64,000 nucleotides of DNA from contig NC_134468.1 in NCBI RefSeq assembly GCF_964194025.1, forward strand, positions 2,046,001 to 2,110,000. Direction: 5' to 3'. The position numbers and the translations under genes were made by a program. Each line of letters begins with the position of its first letter. Position 1 is the stretch's first letter. Source of the DNA: Convolutriloba macropyga (taxonomy: Eukaryota). Positions 12,501-23,500 of this stretch are shown piece by piece. The notes below the pieces were generated by a model, which had not been told where the DNA came from, ran no database searches, and was given only the letters and a program-made list of their open reading frames with translations.

Positions 12501-15500
12501 GATTCTGAGAAAGAACTACTCTTAATAGTTATTGTGATGAAAATTGTGAATTCAACACTATCAAAATAGATTTGAGTGGTAATTGTACTTGTAGGGGTGA
12601 AAAAATGTCAAATTGTTTAGTTGACTATGGGGTTCCAGTTTTGAATCGATGACAATTTCTAATTATCTGCTCGTTGAGCGCCCGTTGAAGAAAATTTTGA
12701 GCTTTATTGGGAATTTTTATTCTATTGAATCACTTCAGTTAAAAAGTCTCTTTTTTTATATGCTTCCTAAGCTTATTGTTCAAATTGTTCACGAAGTTCT
12801 CATATTTAGGGGGAAAAATTTGTCCTTTTCATTTCTTCGAGGTAAATTATTCAGAATTGTCTTAAAAAGTGCTTTTAAACTATAAGGCATGAAAATAGCT
12901 TAACAGTGCTGAACCCAAAAGAAGAAAGAAAAAATGCGTTGAAACCGGAACCCAATATCTGTGGGTTGTCATGTATAGCTCGTTAGAATTCCAAGCACAA
13001 AAACACGCCAAACAACCAATGAACTGACCAGTAAAAAAAACGAGATCAAAGATCAATAGTTTGTCCTCGCACTACAATTGGCGTGCATTCAAGTTGTGCA
13101 AGTAGCCTTTATCTTTACAAGTTATTCGGAATTTGATTTTAAAATGTTTTTTTTTTTAATTTTGCCTTTAAATCGGTAAACCAGAATTCAAGAGTTATTT
13201 TTATTTATTTCCAGTTTCTTAGGGTTAAATTGGTTTCGCAATTCCGAAAAATTTTTCAGATCAATTACACAGATCAATTATAGCATAGTCGTTCTAATTT
13301 AAGATTTATTACAGAGTGCCTGGATTGGTCTTAAAAATCTTGAGTTTTGACAAATAATTTTTGCTGTTCAAGACAAACATGTGACAATTATTTTTATCTC
13401 AGTTCTAAGGATTACTGCATATTGTCAAAAATTCATGGCATATATTGCACTTAATAGAATATGCCTCTCCTCACATACCGTCCTCCCATCACTATCGCCA
13501 ATTCAAATCTTGATCTCACCCCGTAGCCTCATTCCAGCCGTAGCACTTCTCGCTCGTAGCAACCAAAGCTCGCCTTCCACCCTCTCATGTTCACTCCAAC
13601 CCTTCTCAGACCACCATGTTCACCATTCTCCCTCAGTTGAACTAAAGTTAGTATCCCCATGCCTCAGCCAGCTACTGATGAAGCCAATCACTTGTTGTTT
13701 GAGAGCAATTAGCCTCGGTGTCGTTTTTTAAAACGCGGCTTTAAATGTTTTGTAAAGATTGCCGAAATTTATCGTTGACTTTTTTAGTAGAGAAAATTGG
13801 CCAATTCGCTACGAAATCATTGCCAGGTTTCATAGTCGTTGTTGAGAAAACTAACTGACAAAAGGCAACAAATAAAAGTCCTCCTAGTTTTTGCTGACAG
13901 TTGATATTTTACAATAGAAAGAGCAGTTTTCATAGGTTGAAACAATTTTTAGACAAAGTTCGTGCTTTTTATTTTGACCTAATGTCTTCGTTGAGAGAAA
14001 TATACTCAACATAAAAAAAATTATTTTGTGGTTAAAAGTCTCAACGGATTACATCTCTGTTGCAGTCACTATTTCTTAAAAACAGTCCTTATTTTTTCAA
14101 AACCTATGTTCAAAACCAAAACACAATAAGTTACTGCATAAAAGTTTTCATGCTCATAGATTTTTTTCATTATAATGGCACCATAAAAATCAATTTTGTT
14201 TGACATAAGAAGCAATAAGAAAACAATTTTTATCTGTTTACTTCAGAAGCAAAGAGAATTTTCGATTTTGAATTTACAAAACGGTGTTATTATGTGCTTG
14301 GTATCATATTCCAATGCATCTGATCTCAAATGCATATATTTTGAGATTTTTTTATAACTTATACTCAAAAAAGGCATATCAATGTTGAACCCATTCTTTC
14401 GTTTCTTCATTTTGTTTGTTGGAGCATTTTCTGTGTTTCTCCATCTTAATCTTTTTTTAAAAATATGGGACTATAAAAATGTGCCGATTTCAGCTTTATT
14501 GCATTCTGGTGTTTTCCCAAACATTAATTATTAACTGTTTTTCATTCCATTTGCTCATATCCAAAATTTTGCACTTCTGTGGAGAATTTCCTTTTTAAAG
14601 GAGCTTAGATGTTTGAACATTTACTCGTCTGGAAGCTCTAAATTAGTTGTAATTCATTTGTGGAATGCGTTGTTTTGTAATATACATACGACGCTCTGGA
14701 AGTTCAAAACTGAATTTTAACTGATGTACTAGCTCTTTCCTTAAAATATTTTTTTGTTATGTACCAAATTTAGGTCAGTTCACACTACTAAAGTCTGAGT
14801 AACAAAGGCGATTAAAATTGATAAAAGTCGGGCAGACTGAATTAAATCACTCTTCAACAATTTGTCAGAAATAATGTTAACACGTAGCAATTGATAGAAG
14901 TAACAATTTTGTCAATCTTTTTAAATTTTTGACTTCAACAGTTTTCTATTGTGACAAACACACAAGCTGCATTAGAGGAAATAAGCAAATTAGCTTTTAA
15001 CATTTAAGTAGCCAATTGATATCTTGTGGGATTTTTTTCCGTTTTTTTGGTGTGATTAATAATTGATGAGATTTAAAACTGAGGTTGACTAAATTTTGCT
15101 TTAAGAAGATCGTATTGCTGTCTGATATTGTCAATTGATCTTCCAGCTACCTCTTGATTGCACGTTCATTAGATGCACCGCTTTTTTGTATAAGTTACTC
15201 GAAAAGCCTTGTTTCTTGTCCTGTTTGAATTATTTTCCGTTATCAAATTCATGGAAACCTTTTAAAAGACAAGTTCATGGTGTGAAGGGCGCATCTTTGA
15301 TTCGCTCGCCCCCCCCCCGTTCGCTCGCCCCCCACCGGCGCTCACAACCAAACCTACTCCCCATGCTTACCCCTTCAATTCTGAGGTTAGTTTTTGCGAA
15401 ATTTGTAATTGACTTTAAAAAACGATCTTTCGCAATCAATCATTGCTAAGTTTTTCATGGTAATTTGTAAATTATCTATGTTTAGAAGAGCATACAATTT

Positions 15501-15818
15501 TTTTCTAGCTTAATATATTTTAGTGGATCCAATCATATAAAAAAGCGAAATATTAGAGCGGCTTACTTGCAGGCGCCCTTACAGAACACATGTCTAAGCT
15601 TTTGCTCGGGCTTTTGTTTTTTTTTCCTGTATCAATGTTTCATTGTTTTCTTTTGTTTTAAGTGCGACGAGGCAGATTTGCAAATTCCAGACGAGCTCTA
15701 CAACAACATTTTCCAAGCATACGATGCTGACGGTTCCGGATCAATCGACCAAGATGAGTTAGGAGGATTTATCAAACAACTACTAGGAGAGCTGCTTCGA
15801 GATCCTGAGGATGCCTGA
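9541..15818 (+). CDS. Small two-EF-hand calcium-binding protein, 108 aa; join(9541..9543,10316..10411,10882..10953,15663..15818)
   Basis: All introns GT-AG, phase 0. Spliced product MSGEKEKEAIKSLLDNEDAIKCIVANIMQEFDKDKNGSLDKDETKQLIKHFLSQSELCDEADLQIPDELYNNIFQAYDADGSGSIDQDELGGFIKQLLGELLRDPEDA; canonical 12-residue loops DKDKNGSLDKDE (split across intron 2) and DADGSGSIDQDE. Confidence 0.9.
9710..10056. repeat. Minisatellite of atcttgcaag/gttttgaatc motifs in intron 1, ending ...atcattaggg
   Basis: About ten ~30-bp degenerate units containing palindrome cttgcaag; same motif family at ~6213-6275 and ~8171-8257, each also ending in GGG. Confidence 0.8.
10154..10257. repeat. Near-perfect ~104-nt hairpin in intron 1
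   Basis: gagagatcgtctccagttctgaatt...ttaaaagaagcaagtat-gat-atacttacttcttttaa-attcagaactgaagacgatctctc; ~45-bp stem, 3-nt loop, one ~4-nt bulge. Confidence 0.9.
10316..10411 (+). CDS. EF-hand gene exon 2 (SGEKEK...MQEFDK)
   Basis: ttttatatcgcag acceptor, gtatcc donor, 96 nt, ends at entry of EF loop 1. Confidence 0.9.
10882..10953 (+). CDS. EF-hand gene exon 3 (DKNGSLDKDETKQLIKHFLSQSEL)
   Basis: ttttcgctttag acceptor, gtaagt donor, 72 nt; completes EF loop 1; not in the ORF track. Confidence 0.92.
12244..12372. other. Assembly gap (129 N) in intron 3 of EF-hand gene
   Basis: Run of N. Confidence 1.
13460..13745 (+). mobile_element. C-rich dispersed repeat, related to 60338-60632
   Basis: Shared tail cagc(c/t)(a/g)gctactg...aagccaa...gtttgagagcaatt(a/c)gcc followed by TTAA in both copies. 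Confidence 0.5.
15663..15818 (+). CDS. EF-hand gene exon 4 (CDEADL...DADGSGSIDQDEL...PEDA*)
   Basis: Long pyrimidine tract plus ttttaag acceptor; canonical EF loop; TGA stop. Confidence 0.93.
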   Translation, partial: CDEADLQIPDELYNNIFQAYDADGSGSIDQDELGGFIKQLLGELLRDPEDA

Positions 15819-16245
15819 ATTTAAAACTAATAATATAATATTGATGTCTAGTTATAACAACTGTTTTACAAACACCGCACTCGCTTCTTTCTGACCAGGG
15901 CCAAGGGTCAATTTGAAACGTATTATCAAAAATTAATAATTTTGCGTCACCAAAATACAAAAGCAGACATTATCCCATTTTCCATTCAAATATTCCCTTC
16001 TGTTCTTAATTTTGTTGAAATTGCCATCTTTATTTATGAAAGTGACCTCTTGACCCCGGTAAGATGGAAGCTTCACGTATAAGAGTTTAATACTTCAGAG
16101 AAGGTTTGGATTGTTGTTCTTTGCAATATTATTATCCTACACGGTTTTCGTATATCAATCTTTTTCATGACCGTGACAATGAGATTATGATTAAAAGTTA
16201 GCCGGTAAGATTAGATGATCAATTGCTTTTGATTTCAACGCGTGA

Positions 16246-16267
16246 AATAAAACCTGTTGTGAATAAA
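16246..16267 (+). terminator. Tandem AATAAA polyadenylation signals of the EF-hand gene
   Basis: aataaaacctg repeated at 16246 and 16262, ~430 nt after stop; third AATAAA at ~16290. Confidence 0.55.
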
Positions 16268-17541
16268 ACCTGAAAACATAAGTAGTCTAAATAAACTGTT
16301 TTTGATCGAGATGACGTTGTTTCATTTTTAAGTGCGTCCAATAATTGAGCTTTTTTTCATATCAACAAAAACTTCATACTTCTTACATCAATTCGCAAAA
16401 AAAAACATTAACTTTGCACGTCCGAACTGCAATGATGGACGATATTGAACAGCACTCAAAAACTGCACCAATATGCTCTGTTAAAATATGTTCTTGTGAA
16501 CAAAAACATGAAACTTTTGTTGTGTTTTGCTATTGTTCAAATGAGAATCAAAGCAGACATGCATTGTTGAATTCAAGAAAGAGTATACGTCGCTTATACA
16601 GTCTTAGGAAATAGATAGTCTAGGTAACAGAGACCCTTATTGTTTCGGATCATGTATTGTGGTAGAAAAAAAGTTACATACGTCTGATTTTTTTTTATTA
16701 ATCATGTCGGCGCTAAGGAGCGAAAAAATCTTGAAATTTCAGACTTAATATTTAAGAGATTACTTTAAAGCTTTCTCAACTCAAACAGAAAAGATGGTCA
16801 ATTCCATCTGATCTTTTACCGCTTGCTAATTTTTTTTTGCTAGAAAATGTCTTTTTTATGTACAAAAATACACAATCAACTCGACTTAAAATCAAGGTCG
16901 TGCGCTGTGCATTCAGAAAAATTTTCCTCGAAAAATGTGCTTGCAGGCAAAATATGGAGTCGAAGTACCCACAAATTGTCAAAAGATCTGCAATGCGTTT
17001 ACAGCTTTTTTGGAAGACAAATTTTAGAAAATATTTTGCTGCTTTTCTAGAAAAAAAATCTTTCAAACTCTATAAAAATAACAAGGAGTAAGAGAAATTT
17101 TTTAAATCTTGTTTTTCGATCAATTGAGACTCAATGTGGAATATAACAGAGAGTGGAGTTTCATATTAAGTGCTTTCACATATTACAATTTAGCTGTTCA
17201 AATAAAGTTTGGGCATGATGAATGTTCGTATTGCCAAGTCCGACTAATTATAAAAAAAGACAAGATATTCAATTCCAAACTGAAAGTATATAGTGAAAGC
17301 GAACTCAAACGAAATGTAAAACAAATAATCCTAATTCAAAGTAGCGGTTTTAATCAGAAAACTAATTTTGACAAGTGTAGTTGGGTAAATAGTAAAAAAA
17401 GGATTAAATCAAAAAATTTTAAAAGTTTTCCACTTTATGTTAGTACGCTCCAATAAAAGAGTAATAATATATGCACTGAATGCTTAAATTCACTAGCTTT
17501 CCTTATAAATTTCAGATAAGCAGTGTTTATTTGTTTCATTG

Positions 17542-19420
17542 TGTTGACCCACTTTAGTGGGGGGGGGGAACTATATACTCAAATGTTTTTTCTTCTTCAG
17601 TCAATTTTGGCCGATCGATATAATCATCGTAGAGAGTTGTGAGTGGTATCATTAGAAAACTTAGAATATGGAAATAAACAGAACTTTTTATATATTTGCA
17701 TTTTACATGGAGATAAAGAGACATTTTAGACTGATTCGCAGACATTTTACACTGATTCTTGCTTTCTACAGGGAGTTACTGAGGTGTAAATTTTTGTGAA
17801 TAGTATATGATGCTCCGTTGTTTTTAATCACATTTTCCGTACTTTTAATCAAACTTTCGTTAATTTTGCTGACATTATGCTAAAATTATTAACAGTAGTG
17901 TTATTGATTTGATCTTTAAAAATAAAGGAGGGTTGCTGAATTGTTCGATTGGAATTTTTGGCTGGAATTTAAGCTAAATTTTTCAAAATTCAGACTACAT
18001 TTTGCGTAAACAATGGGACCAAACATGTTTTTTTGGCTCAATTTTTTTAAATTAACCAGAAATAGACACCTCAAAACAGCGCTCGTATTCTTCTTAAGCT
18101 CAAAAAGGAAGCAATTTGTACTCTCGCTGCCTTTCAGAGTCTTCTGGAGTTATATCTTTGCCAGTTTTTCGCAATTTTAAACATTAAAAATTGATCTAAT
18201 TTGCAACCAATTGAAATATTGATTGCTTTTTTGGCGCGCCGCAATATCAGGGTTGATTTTGATTTCACCATGGATCATTACGGTAAACAGAATTTAAACT
18301 TTAGTCGTGCGCGGGCTTTTTTTCAAAATTTTTCTGCATTTATTGATTTTTTGTAATTTATGTAAGTTCGAATCAGAGGAATTCATATATCAAAGGAAAT
18401 TTTAACTAAAAAAGTTATTGTGGTTTCAGAGTTAAGCTCATGGTTCTTTCGGCTCTGAGCAACTGTTTTTGTTAAACTTTTTGTCCGGGACTTCTTGTCA
18501 TTTGCTTTGATTTGGTATACTTTTGTAATTTATAGTCCAATGACTTATTCTCCTCTTGCAAAGATCCGATTGATTTTTTTGAAGACGTATAAATAAACCT
18601 AGACGATGCTTTCAATTGTTATCTAATGTCTATTATGACTTTGAATATATTTGTTTTAAGATAATGACGTGAATTTTTGAACTTTGCCAATATTTTATCT
18701 TGTTTCTCTCAACTTCTGGCGTATTCTGGGAAAAAAGCGGCGGAAACCCATTTCCTGTGAGTTGCAATTTAATGTCTGTAAACATTTTATATTTAACTAA
18801 TGCTTTCTTGGATTTGATACTGCGATTTTTCAATTTTTTTCGATTTTTGAGGATGATTGCACATTTTATACGTCAATTTTGCTTCCTTCTCAAAGTACAA
18901 CCATATTGACAAGTCCAATTGAAAGAAGCATAGTTGCACAAATGCACAGTGTTAAAAAAGGCGTTTTTGAATATGTTATTTGTTTTTTTATGAATATTTT
19001 ATGCTTTTGGGCCGAAACACAGTTCTCTAGCAAAATTTAGTGGATTTTTTCAAAATTGTTTCTATGTTTGTCTTCTTTGTTATTGTAAAACATATAACTG
19101 ATAGTAAAATGTCTCAATTGCTTTCCAAGGATTTATAAATGAACCTATTTAAATATTTCATTTTATATCTGAATGTATTATTCACTTTCAAATTAACTTA
19201 AAAAAACTAACTAAAAAAAGTAACTCAATCTCACTACTAAGAAGTCTCAAATACTTTGGTGATATGAACATTTTTTTCTCTGTTAGTTATATTTTTTGAC
19301 TGATGGCTTGGACATGCATAAAAAATTGGAGACTTTTACACTGTTCAACTTTTGGGTTTCATTTTTTTGTTGTTTCTCCGTAGTCCTTTTATAAAGAAGA
19401 GATGTTAGATGGTCCAGAAT
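17542..19420 (+). mobile_element. Dispersed non-coding repeat family starting TGTT(CC)GACCC-ACTTTAGTGGGG
   Basis: Colinear with 62456-63930 (e.g. gagagttgtgagtggtatcatta, gtaactc.atctcacta...gaagtctcaaat); 5' part also at 39981 and inverted at ~21790-22305. Confidence 0.8.
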
Positions 19421-19716
19421 ACACATTTTAGATAGAGCCTTGCAAAATTTCACAAAATAATTATTTCGGCGTTTAATTTGGTTATGGTTATTGAGCATGG
19501 ATCTCACTAGTTCTCCAGAGGACAATGTTTAAGAACAATTTGGCTACACATATTCAAAAAATTCGTCTGAATTTTTTTTAAAAGTTTTGTTTTATTTTCT
19601 TTTTATTGTGTTCGAATCTTTTTCTCCGCAAATTCTTTTTATTAAAAAAAACAAGAAAATGGAGTAATTTTTTGAAAGATTTCATTTTAGCGATGCATTG
19701 ATTCGTTAGATCTTTG

Positions 19717-19879
19717 GGATCTATTCTGTTTTGCCCCCCCCCCCAGTGTTTTTACGCCCCCTATACAAATTATATGTTGTTATATAGCACGTTACTATGT
19801 AAGAAAATAGCACGTGCTCCTGGGGGCGTGAAAAATATAAGCTCATTAAGGTGGGGTGGGGGGCAAACAGAATAGATCC
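19717..19879. mobile_element. 163-bp MITE, GG...CC termini, 8-bp TSD (Merlin-like)
   Basis: TIR ggatctattctgtttt-gcccccc / ggggggcaaacagaatagatcc; inner IR tttttacgcccc/ggggcgtgaaaaa; flanks gatctttg / gaactttg (7/8). Confidence 0.8.
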
Positions 19880-20190
19880 GAACTTTGTCATAAATCGTTA
19901 TGACTTCCTACCATTCATCTTTAACTGTCTCATCTCTCTCACCATTTTTAAGGATTCATTTTTTGTCAACAAATATTTTTCGAGCTGCTCGGACATGTAG
20001 AATAATTAAAATTTTTTCCAGAGGTCAACCAGTAAAAGTTGAGCTTTGCCGTGTTGTTTTTAGTTACAATGGTTGCAAACTAAAACATTATCACAATTAC
20101 AGCTTATATGTTCAAATTGTTTCACAGATAGTCAAGCGTTGTTTCAAACTCTCGCTTACGACAAACCAACAAATTTGGAAAGTTAAAATT

Positions 20191-20509
20191 TCATCTATTA
20201 TATCTGAACAAATAAAACAATCTCCCTTTGTCGTCAAAGTTCATATCCAGCCAAATTTCAGACTTCAAATTAGCCAATTCTGGTCGAATTAGTCTCAATT
20301 TGTCCAGATTCTCTTTGAACACGTAGTACAATTTCAAGATCAGCTCGTTAGTCTGTTCCTTTCCGTGAAATACTAAAGTTTTCATCTTGTCATCAGTGAC
20401 CTCGAATGTCATGCTGAGGGTTTTGGCAATTAGATGTTCATTTTCCTTCTTCAGAACTGCGATTTCTTGGGTCAGCGCTCGATTTTCCTCTTTTTCTTGG
20501 GAATACAGC
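20191..20509 (-). CDS. Coiled-coil gene exon 9 (last; LYSQEKEENR...FRYNR*)
   Basis: tatttcag acceptor, phase 2 completes AA|G Lys codon; TGA stop. Confidence 0.88.
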
Positions 20510-23500
20510 CTGAAATAATAAAAAAGAAGATTTAATCCGCTCATAACTTAAAACAGAGTGCTTATTTCTTATACAGGAGAATTTCAGAATAAAAAAACTG
20601 AAAAACATAATTTCAGGGTTTGGTGATGAATTTGGTGTTTTGAATCTTTACTTTTATTATAAACAGGAGAGCCGCTGATTAAACACTGTATGTTGATTTA
20701 TGTTGACAACATTTCTCACTTTTTGAGCTACAAGCATCGCTTGTGATGAAACGCTTGCCATTTCGAACGTCTAGCCGCCTTGCAAAATAACAATTTCGTG
20801 CAAAAGTCTTGGAAGATTTTGGCTCTCTTGGATCTCGATCTTAATGTAAGGATCCTGTTCTTTTGTTCTGGTAAACTGAAATTCAATTCGAGATAATTTG
20901 AGGCAAGAGATAATGGCAAATAGGTCTAAATTGTAAGGTAAAAAAATCTGTTAATATAAAATTGTTTGTTTTTCATATTACTATGATCTGGGTCTAGGAA
21001 ATAAACCCCCACGGATAAAAAAAACCCACTTAACTTTAGATAGAAAATAAACCTCCACGGAAATAAACCCTCATTTTAAAATTGAATTTCGGTCGTGATC
21101 ATTTGCTCGGTTGTGATAGTTTCATATCAAGTCCCACGGGCCGCTGAGGCATGGCCAAACGCACTAAATGCGCAGATCTTTAAGAATAAAGTGGGGGTTT
21201 ATTTCCGTGGGGGTTTATTTCCTATCTAAAATGAAGTGGGTTTTTTCCGTGGGTTTTTTTTTCGCAACCGCTAGGATCCGGGTTGTTAATTGAACTTCTT
21301 TTAACACATGTAACAGCTGGATAAAAATTGATTACTAACTTCAATTTGCGCTCCAACTCTTCAATTGCCTTCCGTTTTTCTGCAATTTCATTTGCATCTG
21401 CTCTGTTCGACTTGACCTCTTTTTCCAAAATATCCACTCTCTCCATCAAATGCTCATTTTCAGCCTTCGTTTTGGAAAACACGACCAATTTTTGTTGAAG
21501 AGATTTTTCATTGTCATCCGACTGTTTAAGTCGTGCTTTGAGCCGTTCAATCTCGGCTAGGGCTTCGTCTAACTCGGCTTTGAGTTTGGTCGATTCGGTT
21601 TTGAGCCGATCTCTCTCGTCTTTGAGTTTGTTTTTGTCTGTGTTGATTTTGAAGATATCATCTTGTAGAGTGTTAAAGTCTGTTTGTAATTGCACTTTTT
21701 GCTCCTCTAGTTTTGATATTTGACTCTAAAAATAGATTTAATTTAAAAAATAATGCACAAAAAATTGTTTTTACGTGGGCCCTATGCAGGTTTTGGGGCT
21801 TTAAGCACCAAAATTTTCACAAAATAACATTAGAACGCATTGTTTTTGACATTTTTTCAGTACTTATCAACAACCAAAGCTAAAGAGAGTGGGCTAAAAA
21901 ACATATTTGGTCCCATTTTTGACAAAGAGAGTCTGAATTTTGAGTAATATAGTATAAATTCTAGAACAAAAACTCGGATCGAACAATTCAGCAACCCTCT
22001 TCTATCTTTAAAGACAAAATCAATCTCATTATCAATAAAAATTTTAACATATTTTATGCAAAATTGACGACAATTTTTTCAAAAACACGGAAAATGTGAA
22101 ATGAAAACAATGGAATACCGTCTCCTATTCGCAAAACTATAAACCTCGATGACTCCGTGTAAAATACGAAAATTATCGAAATCTTTTTAATTGCAAATTC
22201 TACACTGCACGGGCTTTCTAATGATACCACTCACAACTCTCTAAGATGATTATATCGATCGGCGAAAATTGACTGAACTAAAAAACCCATTTGGGTATAT
22301 AGTTCTGAAGTGAACTGAAACCATCTAAACTTTTCAGTGTAAATTTTAGAAAAGTCACTTACCCCGTCGAAAAAAAAGTTGGCGTAACTATTCGATGGAA
22401 AGTTTAAACTTGATGAAGTAATGAGAGATTTCGCGTAAACTGGAAGATTCCCATCACTTGCCGACATAATCTACAAATAATCAATAATTTATTTAACAAA
22501 CAAACTCTGATAATATAATAATCAATTCTATGAATTGTTTCTGTAAAAACAACAAAGAAGGTTAAGCTGTCAAATAAAACAAATAAACGGAACCACTAAA
22601 AATGTAAACACCCTCGCAACGTATAAGTAAAGTGACAATGACGTAACATTTTTAACCCTTTAATTGGTAAGCTAAATTTGGTCCGAAGGTCCCCGAAATT
22701 CGCTATAAGCGAAATCCTCGACTACCGAACTTGAATTACTTGAACTTTAAAATTAGAAATTTCCAACTTGTACAGTAATTTAATCACCTTTTCATCGCTA
22801 TTTTTGGCACTTTTCAACTTCTTTATCTCATCTTCGAGGTCATCGATGTCTTTATCTGCTTCTGTCAGCTCTTTTTCCAGACTCAAATTCTGTTTTTTCA
22901 CTTCTTTCAATTCCCTGTCTTTTGCCTCCCAGTCGGACTTCAGCTTCGCTATTTCTTTCAAAAAATTGGCCTCTGATTGGTCAAACTCCGCATCCGCCTC
23001 CTCCAACGAATGCTTCAGATCGCTGATCTAATCGACCAATCAGCGTTTAGATTTCAAAAAGCATGTTTTACAAAAGTATGAAAATCAAAAACAAAACCTC
23101 TTTTTCCTGTAACTTTTTTTCCTTCTCCGCCTTTTCCAATTCGTTGCTGAGGGTTTCAATTTTCTCTTCCAGCTGCTGCATTTCAAGGGTTTGTTGTCTT
23201 TTAACTCCAGCTGTTATTTGCTCATCCTTTAAAAATTAACCATTTAAAATCTTAAAACTTAAATGGTTCAAATTTTTCCAACAACCAAAAATTGATTAAC
23301 TTTTTCTAACAGTTGTTGAGTAAGCTCATCATTTTTAAGACTGATGGCACCAATTTCGTCCTCTAGCTGTTTGACCTCTGTTGATTTATCAGCCGCAGTT
23401 TTGAGTGCACTGTTTTGATCTCTGAGGTCTTCATTGTCTTCTTCCAGACTGTTCACTTCTTCTTCTAAGTGTTTGATTTTGTACTCTAGTGACTTCTTCA

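Noticed and set aside
21511-23031. Ser/Leu/Phe-rich + strand ORFs 21511..21723 and 22768..23031
   Set aside because: Antisense shadows of E/K-rich coiled-coil exons.
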